From an uncultured Nitrososphaerales archaeon (GTDB lineage: Archaea; Thermoproteota; Nitrososphaeria; Nitrososphaerales; Nitrososphaeraceae): a DNA stretch of 64,000 nucleotides. A model generated the notes under the pieces. The model was given only the letters and a program-made list of their open reading frames with translations, was not told the DNA's origin and searched no databases. The stretch covers positions 1,376,001 through 1,440,000 of the forward strand of contig CAVOHZ010000010.1 in NCBI GenBank assembly GCA_963695855.1. The letters are read 5' to 3'. The position numbers and the translations under genes are program-made. Positions 9,470 to 19,056 of this stretch are shown in pieces (the first letter of the stretch is position 1; the number at the start of each line of letters is the position of its first letter).

Positions 9470-9945
9470 ATGCATCTCTGTTTTCAAAATATTTTCAAGG
9501 TGTGACACTGTCACATGGTCATGGTTTGTCACATGCTGAAAACAAATCCACCCTCCCCAGAGGCAGACAAAAATATTTTCAATGGTAAACTAAATAATAA
9601 GTTTGTAATATAGTTTGTCAGAATATGCTGTTGACGGCATTAAAATTCAGATAAAGAAGAAAATCCAAAAGAGAATAAAAAATAACTTCTCTCTAGGTCT
9701 AAAATACTTTCTTCGTGTGACGCTGTCACATGAACATTGTCACACGCTGAAAGCAAATTTACCCCCAGAGCGGGATATAAAAATAAAATTCTTTACGATA
9801 AACTCAGTTATTGTAGATTAATAGAATTTGTTGACGATATCGCTGAAATTCGGATAAAGATAATAAAAACAAGAGAATAAAATATTGTCTCTCTCTGGGT
9901 TCAGAAAATTTTCACCTTATGACATAAGTAGATGTCACACAATAT
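9470..9945 (+). repeat. TGTGACA-palindrome array C (3 units, period about 200-210 bp)
   Basis: Units near 9470, 9685 and 9885; the two spacers resemble each other (GTTGACG...ATTC(A/G)GATAAAGA...GAGAATAAAA). Confidence 0.8.
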
Positions 9946-10034
9946 TTTAAAAAGTTTCACTGAATATAAATTGATATAACTACTAAGGTTTAAGCATTAT
10001 TGAGATAATATAAAGCTCTATTTGAAGTGGTTCA

Positions 10035-10070
10035 GTGGGATTTGAATCCTTCTATAAAGTGGAACCGGTT
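10035..10070 (-). repeat. tRNA T-arm-like dispersed motif, copy 1
   Basis: Minus strand TTCCACTTTATAGAAGGATTCAAATCCCAC; related copies at 21498 and 41243. Confidence 0.65.
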
Positions 10071-10373
10071 ATTATTTTTTAAAATATCTTGAAATTCCTC
10101 ATACACTCATTTCCAAATTTTCTAAATTATAGTTTGAATATTGTAAGCTATTGATGTAAGTTTTCAAAATTTGTTATTATGATTTTTAATATAAGCAATA
10201 CCAATAATACCCAAGAAAAATGTGTCCATTAAAAGAAAGTGTAAATTATATTCTTTTTATCAAAATGATGAAAAGTCATGATGGTGGTGAATATAGTAAA
10301 GATATTTTGCTATATCTAATATGAAGAGGACATTTTTTCCATCACTGTTCTAATAAATCCATATAATGTTATC

Positions 10374-12398
10374 TTGGAAATGGTAATACTAACTGACTCA
10401 AGTAATATCTCTTTTATTGAACATTCAGGCCAGATTACAAAGAATAGATATAATACCAAAAACCAAACTTTCAATAGTGCCTATAATGAAAAAAGTTCCT
10501 ATTTTGTCAACGAGGAAAAGTTCAATTATACTATTGGTCCTGTATTAATTGCCAATTTGATAAAAAATACGCATATCAAATCTATCTTCTCATGTGATGT
10601 TCTTATTATAGGTAGTGGCTCTGCAGGTCTTAGATCTGCAATTGAAGCTCATGATTCCGGTGTCGACAATGTTCTCATAATTAGTCAAAGTAGGAAAGGT
10701 GATCCTCATACTGTACTTGCGAGAGGTGGCATCAATGCACCGCTAGGTACTATGGATCCTGAAGACAATTGGATGATACATGCTGCTGATACCCTACGTG
10801 AGGGCCAGTTTCTTGCGGATTATGAACGAGTTGAAGTATTATGCAAAAATGCGTCTGATGCTATAAATGAATTGGTTAACTGGGGAGCTAGATTTCATAG
10901 AGAGAAAGACGGTAGATTAACACAACGATTTTTCGGAGCCCATACTTATAGAAGAACTGTATTTTACCAAGATTGGACTGGAAAGGAAATAATTCACGTA
11001 TTAATGCAACAAATTAATCAGCGACAAATTGAAATTCTTGACGATATCTACATCCTAAAATTATTAAAAGCAGACATTGTAAATGTAAAAGGGGAAAAAG
11101 AAGAAACAAAAATTATGGGAGCATTTGGAGTAGATTTCAAAAAGAAAGAATTTGTGATATTTAAATGCAGAGCTTTAATACTTGCGTCTGGTGGATATAC
11201 TCGAGTCTACGATATTAGTAGTTCTCGAATTTTTGAAAACTTTGGAGAAGGTTTAGTTTTTGCATATGAAGCAGGAGCAGATTTAGTAGATATGGAAATG
11301 GTACAATTCCATCCTACAGGAATGGTTTGGCCAGAGAAAGCATTGGGTACCTTAGCTACTGAAGCAATACGTGGAGAAGGAGGTATTTTGTTAAATTCAA
11401 AAGGTGAAAGATACATGAAAAATTACTATCCTGAAAGAATGGAACTAGGACCTCGTGATGTAGTAGCTCGCGCTACCTATAATGAAATAGTCTCTGGAAG
11501 AGGCACTAAACATGGGGGAGTTTGGTTAGATGTAACTCATCTTCCAAAAGAAAAAATTTTGGAAAGACTTTCCACTATGTACGAACAATTCAAAAATATG
11601 AATGGAATTGATATATCCAAAGACAAAATGGAAGTTGGGCCTACGGCACATTACTCAATGGGCGGAATAGTGGTAGATATGAAATGTAGAACAAAGATTA
11701 TAGGTTTATTTGCGGTAGGAGAAATAATAAGCCAGATCCATGGTGCTAATCGTTTAGGTGGAAATAGTTTACTGGATACTATAGTTTTTGGAAAAATTGC
11801 TGGTTATGAAGCTGCAATGTTTGCAAAGGAAAATAGTGAAACGCAGAAAAGAGAAGAAAAAAAGGAAACAAGATCGTCATTGTTAAAATTTAATATAAAA
11901 GATAAAAAAAAGGAAATTGATGTCATTGATATTGGTATTGATGATGATATCTTTATAGTTAAGGAACCAATTATGTTTCTAAATGAAATACAAGAATTAA
12001 TGAATCAGAATGCTGGAATAATAAGGGAAGAGACAAAGCTCAAGAAGGGTTTAAAAAGAATTTTAGAATTAAAAAAAGAGTTTTATTCTAACGATAAAAT
12101 AATAAAAGAATTTAAAATTGATCATGAAAATATTGTTTTAACTCGGGAAGTAAAGTCATCATTGGTTATTTGTGAGGCCATAATAAAAAGTGCCCTTATG
12201 CGACAAGAGAGCAGAGGAGCTCATTACAGGTCTGATTTTCCAAATTCTGATGATGATAACTGGAAGGTAAATATTTATTGCAGAGCAGAAGGAAAGGAAA
12301 TGATTTTATTTAAACAGAATGTTAAAGAAATTAAAGGACCATTAGTAGATTTGGTCAAAAATCATACCAAATTTGAACATCATCGAGAATTTGAATAA
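10374..12398 (+). CDS. Succinate dehydrogenase/fumarate reductase flavoprotein-like (SdhA/FrdA/NadB superfamily); true start probably about 60 codons downstream
   Basis: GSGSAG, PHTVLARGG, QFHPT, TEAIRGEG, RDVVAR, HYSMGG, HGANRLGGNSL, RQESRGAHYRSDFP. Confidence 0.9.
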   Translation: MEMVILTDSSNISFIEHSGQITKNRYNTKNQTFNSAYNEKSSYFVNEEKFNYTIGPVLIANLIKNTHIKSIFSCDVLIIGSGSAGLRSAIEAHDSGVDNVLIISQSRKGDPHTVLARGGINAPLGTMDPEDNWMIHAADTLREGQFLADYERVEVLCKNASDAINELVNWGARFHREKDGRLTQRFFGAHTYRRTVFYQDWTGKEIIHVLMQQINQRQIEILDDIYILKLLKADIVNVKGEKEETKIMGAFGVDFKKKEFVIFKCRALILASGGYTRVYDISSSRIFENFGEGLVFAYEAGADLVDMEMVQFHPTGMVWPEKALGTLATEAIRGEGGILLNSKGERYMKNYYPERMELGPRDVVARATYNEIVSGRGTKHGGVWLDVTHLPKEKILERLSTMYEQFKNMNGIDISKDKMEVGPTAHYSMGGIVVDMKCRTKIIGLFAVGEIISQIHGANRLGGNSLLDTIVFGKIAGYEAAMFAKENSETQKREEKKETRSSLLKFNIKDKKKEIDVIDIGIDDDIFIVKEPIMFLNEIQELMNQNAGIIREETKLKKGLKRILELKKEFYSNDKIIKEFKIDHENIVLTREVKSSLVICEAIIKSALMRQESRGAHYRSDFPNSDDDNWKVNIYCRAEGKEMILFKQNVKEIKGPLVDLVKNHTKFEHHREFE

Positions 12399-12783
12399 GT
12401 AAAATGTTCAAAGTACAAATTTAACAAATAATAAATAAATTGATTTGATTTAATTCAAATAATATTGAAAGACAATTTATCGATTAAAATTGTAACTAAT
12501 CTAGAAAAAGTAATTAAAATATTAGCGGATTAATAGATTACTACAACATAATTGAACAACTTACGTAAATTGAACTGGACATTTTTATATGCTGTTGTTT
12601 TGTCATTATACCTAGATTTATTTTACATATATTTGTAACAATCGTAGATAGAAGTCGAAGGATTTACTGCCATATATTTTAGAAACTCTATTGTTGTATT
12701 TTCCAATTCTAAGTCTGTTACTTCTTTAGGTGTAAGTAGAGATAACAAATATTTTTATATTTTCAATCAACTTAAATTATAGA

Positions 12784-14241
12784 ATGAATAGCGAAAGTGA
12801 ATATGACCTAATAGTTATAGGAACAGGATCAGCAGCGTCAGCAGCAGCTCATGAATGTCGTTCGAAAGGGTGGAGTGTAGCTATTATAGATTCATTACCA
12901 TTTGGAGGCACATGTGCCTTGCGTGGATGCGATCCTAAGAAGGTGTTAGTGGAGGCAGCCAAGATTGTTGACTCAAATCTGAGGCATGAGGATAAAGGTA
13001 TAGTTGGTTCACAGGAAATATATATAAAATGGTCTGATTTGATAAGTTTCAAACGTATTTTTACTGAACCTTTTCCTGAACATAGAGAAAATGGTTACAT
13101 CAAAGCCGGAATTGATGTATTTCATGGTCATGGCAAGTTCATTGGTAGAAATAATATTCAAGTTGAAGAAAATAATAATAATGATAATACAAATAAAATT
13201 ATTATTCTTAATGGTAGATATATTCTAATAGCTACCGGAGCAAAACCTATGAATCTAAATATTCCCGGATCTGAGAATATTATTACGAGTGATGGTTTCC
13301 TTGAGTTTAGTGAAGAACATTTACCAGATAAAATTGTATTTGTGGGAGGTGGCTATATCTCTTTTGAATTTGCACATATTGCTGCTCGTGCAGGAGTAAA
13401 GAAGATTACTATTCTACATCGAGGCAAACAACCTTTAGAGCACTTTGATCCAGACCTTGTGAATCAGTTGGTTCAACGGTCTCGAGATATTGGAATAGAC
13501 GTTCAAATTGGTAGAACAGTCAAGAAAATAGAAAAGCTGTCTGACGGTAAATTACTAGTTGTACATTCAAGTAGTAATGTTTCAGACACTTCTCTAACTA
13601 CTATTGCAGAGGAAAAAAGGAGTTCAGACGAACAAACAGAGGAAGCTTACTTGGTAGTACATGGAGCTGGCAGGATACCAAATATTGAAAGACTAAATCT
13701 GGTCGCAGGTAATATAGAACATACTGATGGTAGAGGTATAAAAGTAAATGAATATCTTCAAAGTGTTTCAAATCCATCGGTATATGCAGCAGGCGATGTT
13801 GGAGACAGTGGGGGTCTACCATTAACTCCTGTAGCAAGCTATGAAGGTGTTATAGTAGCAAATAATTTAATCAATGGAAATACTATTAAAACAAACTATA
13901 CTGGCTTGCCAAGTGTTGTATTTACTATTCCTCCTCTAACCGCAGTAGGTATGCAGGAAAAAGAAGCTACCCAAAGAGGATTGCAATTTAGAATTAAATA
14001 CGAAAAAACTGACAGCTGGGCGTCATCAAAAAGAGTAGGGGAGACTTGTTCAGGATTTAAAGTATTAATTGAGAAAGATACTGATCGAATTTTAGGGGCT
14101 CACATACTTGGTCCACATGCTGAAGAAGTCATTAACATTTTCTCTTTAGCTATTCGATTAGGACTATCTGCAAAGGATCTTAAGGATCCTCTATTGTATA
14201 CCTATCCGACTAACTCATCGGATGTTGTATATATGTTATAA
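12784..14241 (+). CDS. Class I pyridine nucleotide-disulfide oxidoreductase (glutathione reductase-like)
   Basis: GGTCALRGCDP redox disulfide, GGGYIS, YAAGD, C-terminal YPT; no MerA terminal Cys pair. Confidence 0.88.
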   Translation: MNSESEYDLIVIGTGSAASAAAHECRSKGWSVAIIDSLPFGGTCALRGCDPKKVLVEAAKIVDSNLRHEDKGIVGSQEIYIKWSDLISFKRIFTEPFPEHRENGYIKAGIDVFHGHGKFIGRNNIQVEENNNNDNTNKIIILNGRYILIATGAKPMNLNIPGSENIITSDGFLEFSEEHLPDKIVFVGGGYISFEFAHIAARAGVKKITILHRGKQPLEHFDPDLVNQLVQRSRDIGIDVQIGRTVKKIEKLSDGKLLVVHSSSNVSDTSLTTIAEEKRSSDEQTEEAYLVVHGAGRIPNIERLNLVAGNIEHTDGRGIKVNEYLQSVSNPSVYAAGDVGDSGGLPLTPVASYEGVIVANNLINGNTIKTNYTGLPSVVFTIPPLTAVGMQEKEATQRGLQFRIKYEKTDSWASSKRVGETCSGFKVLIEKDTDRILGAHILGPHAEEVINIFSLAIRLGLSAKDLKDPLLYTYPTNSSDVVYML

Positions 14242-14770
14242 TCAATTATCATCTAAATAATTTTTTAACTAATTATAGAAAAAAGCTACCACTGATAAAA
14301 ATTCATTACTGCAATATTGAATATCGTTTCAGAAATAAAATTTGATTGTTACAAAAATGAAATGCATAGGAACAAATAGATATATGCTTTATAAAGATAT
14401 ATGCTTTATAAAAATAAATAGAACTATAATTCGGTGAATGCTGAATATCTGCTATTATGAATATTTTTGCTATTTAGTATAAATTTAATCATAATATTGT
14501 GAAATATTAAGCAAGAAAATTATATCTATAAAATTTCTTATCAATCCAATTTTATTTATATAATAGCAGTTGATCCACGATAAAATAAAAGAAGTATTAA
14601 AAACTTTGAACAGTTCCGAGGTATCCGGACTAGCAACAGTAGATCCTGAAGAAGTAATCTTATATTGCTTTAGTAGTCTTTAATTTTGACGGTAACAATA
14701 TATTCATTCCAATAGATGATAGACCTAAGAAATCAAAAACCATTTTAAAAGAGTAAAAGAATATACAAAA

Positions 14771-14850
14771 AATACCAATTGTAATAGCATCATTACTCGC
14801 CGCAGTATGTGGAATTCAAATTATCCAAGATTTAAAACATCATTATAAAC
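14771..14850 (+). repeat. 80-bp segment repeated in inverted orientation at 32063-32142
   Basis: AATACCAATTGTAATA...GTGGAATTCAAATTATCCAAGATTTAAAACATCATTATAAAC is shared with few mismatches. Confidence 0.8.
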
Positions 14851-14925
14851 AATTAAACTTTTAAAATATAATATATGTTCCTAGAAAATGTATTTGTAAT
14901 AAATAAAAAAGATATGGGGGTTTTT

Positions 14926-15996
14926 CTACTTTGAGAATACTTCTTTAAGTGTATGAGAAGCCTGATCTATTGCACCTCTTGCTGCAGGAGTATCACTAAT
15001 TGGATTAAGCATCATAAAGTCATGAATAGCCCCAAGGTAACGAGTTGCAGTAGTAGGAACGCCAGCCTGCATCAGTTTATGAGCATATGCTTCACCTTCA
15101 TCACGTAGAACATCATTTTCTCCTACTATGATGAGTGTAGGTGGTAATCCACTAAGCTGTTCAACTGATGCTTGTAGTGGAGAAACAGTCGGTTCTTTTC
15201 TATTAGTATCATTTGAAAGATAATTATCCCAAAACCATTTCATATTATCACGCGTAAGAAAGTATCCTTCTTGATATGTATTATATGAAGAAGTGTTAAA
15301 GTTGGCATCTGTAACTGGATAAAATAGCATTTGGAAGATAATAGGAGGTCCGCCACGCTCTTGTGCAAGTAGTGCAACTGTAGTGGCCATGTTGCCCCCT
15401 ACACTATCACCTGCTACTACTAAACGTGAAGAATCTAAATTAAGGCTTTGACCATTCTCTGAAATCCATTTTGTAGCAGCATATGCTTCTTCTAGAGATT
15501 GTGGATATTTTGCTTCAGGAGAGAGCGTATAGTTAACAAATACAATTGCTGCATGTGCGCCATTAGCAAGTTCCCTTAACAATCTCTCATGAGTATCAAA
15601 ATTACCTAGCACCCATCCACCACCATGAGTGTACATTACAACAGGTAGAGTTTCATTGCCACTACCTGGGGGTCTGACTATCTGAATAGATATTTCGCCA
15701 TTAGGACCCACTGGAATAGTTTTGTTTTCTATTTCAGCTGGAAGTTTTTCAATCGAACCTGCCTGAAGTCCAGACAGTACATTACGAGCCTCAGTAGGCG
15801 TTAATGTATAGAGTGGAGGACCACCGCTTTGTTGTATCTTTTCTAAAAATAATTTAGTATTCTTTTCTACGGTAGAATAATTGGAATATTCGATACCATA
15901 TACTAACGGATTAATATTATTTAAGGAGAAATACAAACTTATTGTTATTATAAGAATTATAATTGCTGAAAAATATGAAGTCAGTTCGATTTTCAT
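14926..15996 (-). CDS. HSL-family esterase/lipase with N-terminal signal or anchor
   Basis: HGGG, GDSVGG, DVLRDEG, HDF; hydrophobic N-terminus. Confidence 0.92.
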   Translation of the reverse strand: MKIELTSYFSAIIILIITISLYFSLNNINPLVYGIEYSNYSTVEKNTKLFLEKIQQSGGPPLYTLTPTEARNVLSGLQAGSIEKLPAEIENKTIPVGPNGEISIQIVRPPGSGNETLPVVMYTHGGGWVLGNFDTHERLLRELANGAHAAIVFVNYTLSPEAKYPQSLEEAYAATKWISENGQSLNLDSSRLVVAGDSVGGNMATTVALLAQERGGPPIIFQMLFYPVTDANFNTSSYNTYQEGYFLTRDNMKWFWDNYLSNDTNRKEPTVSPLQASVEQLSGLPPTLIIVGENDVLRDEGEAYAHKLMQAGVPTTATRYLGAIHDFMMLNPISDTPAARGAIDQASHTLKEVFSK

Positions 15997-16194
15997 CTTT
16001 TATCTATAATATGAATTCTTTTATTTAAGTATGTAGTCTGTTGAATAGCTTTCTATCTGGCATGAGTTATAACAAAACATTCGTAACTGTATCACATAAT
16101 CAATTCCAATTCTTTAAATCATTTCATGAGTAAGAAAATTTTAAATTATGAATTTATTAAAATTGATAATTTGATTAAGCAAAACAACAAATTA

Positions 16195-16920
16195 TCAAAA
16201 TTTAGGTCGTATTATTTCATATACATAGTCAATATGTTTGAATGATTTCATCCTTTCACTTTTCGGAATATATAATTTATTAGTAACAAATTTGTCTATA
16301 ACTAATTCATTAACTTCTTTTGAAATAATGATTTGGTTTTTATTAGCATAACCCTCAAGTCTACTACAAAAGTTAACATTCTTTCCCATTGCTGTAATTT
16401 GTACTCTTGAAGGTGAATTCCAATAACCAAAAATAACATCTCCCACATGAATAGCGCATTTTAAATCAATATTAGTATGCGGTTTAAAACCAAAATAATT
16501 ATTCCATAGTTCAAGATGCCTATTTTTTATATTTTCAAATATTTTCCTTAATTCAATGGCAGCCAGAATTGTTCTTTTAGGAACTTCATCAAATTTTATA
16601 TCTTTAATACCAAAGTAAGCAAAAATTCCATCACCTATAAATTTGTCCAAAATTCCATTATTGTTGCTGATAATTTGTGAGGCTGCATGGTAGTATTCTT
16701 TTAAAAAAAGTAAAAGTTCTTCCTTTCTTCTCTCTATGGCAAGCTCATTAGTAAGGTCTGAGAAATTGGTAATATCCCAAAATACAATGATCAGTCTACT
16801 AACTTCAATTCCATAGGAACGAAATGATCTAAGTTCATTAAATATATAGGGATCAAAAAATAAACCAAGTTTTTCTTTATCATAAGTATCATCTACATCT
16901 ATTATTTTTCCATTAGACAT
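16195..16920 (-). CDS. Class III nucleotide (adenylate-type) cyclase
   Basis: FWDITNFS, DKFIGDG, AIHVG, ITAMGKNVNFCSRLE. Confidence 0.88.
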   Translation of the reverse strand: MSNGKIIDVDDTYDKEKLGLFFDPYIFNELRSFRSYGIEVSRLIIVFWDITNFSDLTNELAIERRKEELLLFLKEYYHAASQIISNNNGILDKFIGDGIFAYFGIKDIKFDEVPKRTILAAIELRKIFENIKNRHLELWNNYFGFKPHTNIDLKCAIHVGDVIFGYWNSPSRVQITAMGKNVNFCSRLEGYANKNQIIISKEVNELVIDKFVTNKLYIPKSERMKSFKHIDYVYEIIRPKF

Positions 16921-16942
16921 AATCTAATTTATTCTCCAATTT

Positions 16943-17359
16943 CTATTCTCTTTCATCCAATTGACTTAGCAAATACTGATGTCGAATGTTGAATCTTTTA
17001 TTAAGATATGTTAGTTTTTCAGTATTGCTCATATCGCGATAATTTTGAATGAATATAGATATGCTGTTATGTTCTTTCATATCTTTCATAGTAGTATGTT
17101 CTTTACAAATATAATCAATTTGTGAAAAGTCATAATTAAATGTCAGTTCCTTAGATTCTCCTGGATCTATTTGTAGTTGTTGTATGATTTCAACTCTTGA
17201 AAAATCTTCTACCAGCCCAAAAAAATATAAATTATGAAAATCCTTACTCACATTTATCCATTTAACGTTATCTCCCTTTTGTATTTTAACAACCTCTGGA
17301 ATAAAACTTCTTATTTTTTCAGGTGGTATAAATTCTGGGATGATAACCGAATGATTCAT
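16943..17359 (-). CDS. Cupredoxin (plastocyanin-like) domain protein without a signal peptide
   Basis: FIPEVVKIQKGDNVKWIN...HN...IDPGE...YICKEH..M. Confidence 0.7.
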   Translation of the reverse strand: MNHSVIIPEFIPPEKIRSFIPEVVKIQKGDNVKWINVSKDFHNLYFFGLVEDFSRVEIIQQLQIDPGESKELTFNYDFSQIDYICKEHTTMKDMKEHNSISIFIQNYRDMSNTEKLTYLNKRFNIRHQYLLSQLDERE

Positions 17360-17777
17360 ACTAATACTATAATGTATATTTATTAATAAAATTTTAATTT
17401 ATTTTAAAAAAATGGTAATTGAAAGAAATGAAATGAAATATAAGATATTTTAGTCTTTCTTATATTATAAGAATTTCAATTATAATATTCGTTCTTTTCA
17501 TTTAGTAAAAAATTGTATAACCTAATACTATTGTTCTGGTTACTTTTTTATTTGCTACTTGTTCTATAGAATGAACATTATTTCCTAAATAACTTTAGCA
17601 TATATAGCCAAATAAGTATTTCTGATTTATTTTTGGCATATTCTATTATTTTGTTTAACACATTTAAAACTGCTCTCTTCCATCAAGATACGTTAAATGA
17701 CAGGCCAATTGCTATTTGGACGGTTTGAGGTCAGCAATCCTAGAGTTTGTTCAGAACAAATTAGCATTCAATTTAAC

Positions 17778-18041
17778 TTAGATAAATGTTTCATCCATAT
17801 AGCACCACTTCCAATGTTCATCAGGTTCAAAAGATTGGATAATCGGGTGTTCTGTTGAATGGAAATGTTTAGTTGCATGTTTATTCTTTGACGAGTTACA
17901 ACATCCTACATGGCCACAAATAAGACAAAGACACAAATGCACCCAAGAATCACCAATTTTAAGACAATCCTCACAACCATCAGCACTAGGTTTTACGTAT
18001 TCTTGAATTAATTTAAGATGTTTACATCCTGAATCAGACAT
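17778..18041 (-). CDS. UBP-type zinc finger protein
   Basis: CKH, CEDC, WVHL.LCLICGHVGCC, HATKHF, HPII, WKWCY. Confidence 0.9.
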   Translation of the reverse strand: MSDSGCKHLKLIQEYVKPSADGCEDCLKIGDSWVHLCLCLICGHVGCCNSSKNKHATKHFHSTEHPIIQSFEPDEHWKWCYMDETFI

Positions 18042-18207
18042 TATTTTATTTTATTGACATGTTCCTAATAAACGACATATGTTTGGAAATAGAGAGACGA
18101 AAGCGGAAGAGAAAGACGCTATACCGGGTCAGATCAATATCTTGAATCGCGCTTCTTTTTATTATTTTTTAGCTATTTCTTTATTAATGAATTCTTCAAA
18201 GGCAGGA

Positions 18208-18621
18208 TCAAACCCATTTTCCTGCATCTACAGTTTTCCATATTTCTCCTAGCGTACCTTGTTCAAAAGCGCTTTTCATATATCTCAACCATCCTGTCCA
18301 TTCGCTATCGGTTATTACTCCTCTTTGCCACATATGGAATACATGTGCAAATGTGTATAGAATATAATAAGCATATGATACCTCTGGTGAAGAATAGTTT
18401 GCTGGAATATTACTTAGTACTTTAATCAGTTGTGGCCGTTCTATAGCGATCTGAGTAATTTCACGCATTCTTTCATCCAAATCATTGAGGATTTTTGTTT
18501 CTATATCTGTTGATAGGGTCTTCATTTGTTTTCTTGAAAAATATAGAACTACAAACATACTACTTATAATTCCAAGTGCCCCTCCCATACTGAAAAATTC
18601 AGCTATACCAATTTCAACCAT
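18208..18621 (-). CDS. Hypothetical membrane-anchored protein, probably frameshifted near the 3' end
   Basis: N-terminal TM segment; removing one G from TGGG at about 18213 continues the frame as KWFDPAFEEFINKEIAKK. Confidence 0.6.
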   Translation of the reverse strand: MVEIGIAEFFSMGGALGIISSMFVVLYFSRKQMKTLSTDIETKILNDLDERMREITQIAIERPQLIKVLSNIPANYSSPEVSYAYYILYTFAHVFHMWQRGVITDSEWTGWLRYMKSAFEQGTLGEIWKTVDAGKWV

Positions 18622-19056
18622 TACTCGTTACTTATAAAAGATATCTTCATAAGAGTTTCTTTTCAGATGTCTAATCTAAATCATACAAAATGGAAATAAA
18701 ATCATAATTACCTTTTGAAAAAATCTTTTCTAATAATGGACTGTGCCATTTTCTTTAACATCTCTTGTTTCCTTTACTAAATTGTGGAGAATAGTTATAT
18801 ATCATTAATTGATTTTAAATCACAATTTGAAACTATTTTTTTGTTTTAATACGAGTTACAAAAGAAGTTATACATATAATAAGATGTTGAAAAAAGTGGT
18901 ATAATAATTAAATTAATCACTATAAGAGGGAGAGCAGAAACTCATCTTAACTCAGCTTAATGAACAAATTCGTGTGTACTTTGAAGAAATTTGCTATTAT
19001 GTTGTAAGTATTATTACTTTGTTGTTAATTATCCTAATCAAGATAAAATAGTTCAC

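Noticed and set aside
9615-9821. Short ORFs running through the palindrome arrays (also 39359..39547 and 39560..39754)
   Set aside because: Their Cys/His/Thr content is just the translation of TGTGACA/TGTCACA and frames are not kept between arrays; ancestry from a rep gene tail remains possible.
6545-9945. CRISPR array interpretation of the TGTGACA arrays
   Set aside because: Units are about 90 bp and degenerate, spacers are over 100 bp and resemble each other, and no cas genes are present.
8570-9945. Integron attC sites
   Set aside because: No RYYYAAC/GTTRRRY ends at the unit borders and no integron integrase.
12784-14241. Mercuric reductase MerA
   Set aside because: It lacks the C-terminal Cys-Cys pair and any mer neighbours.
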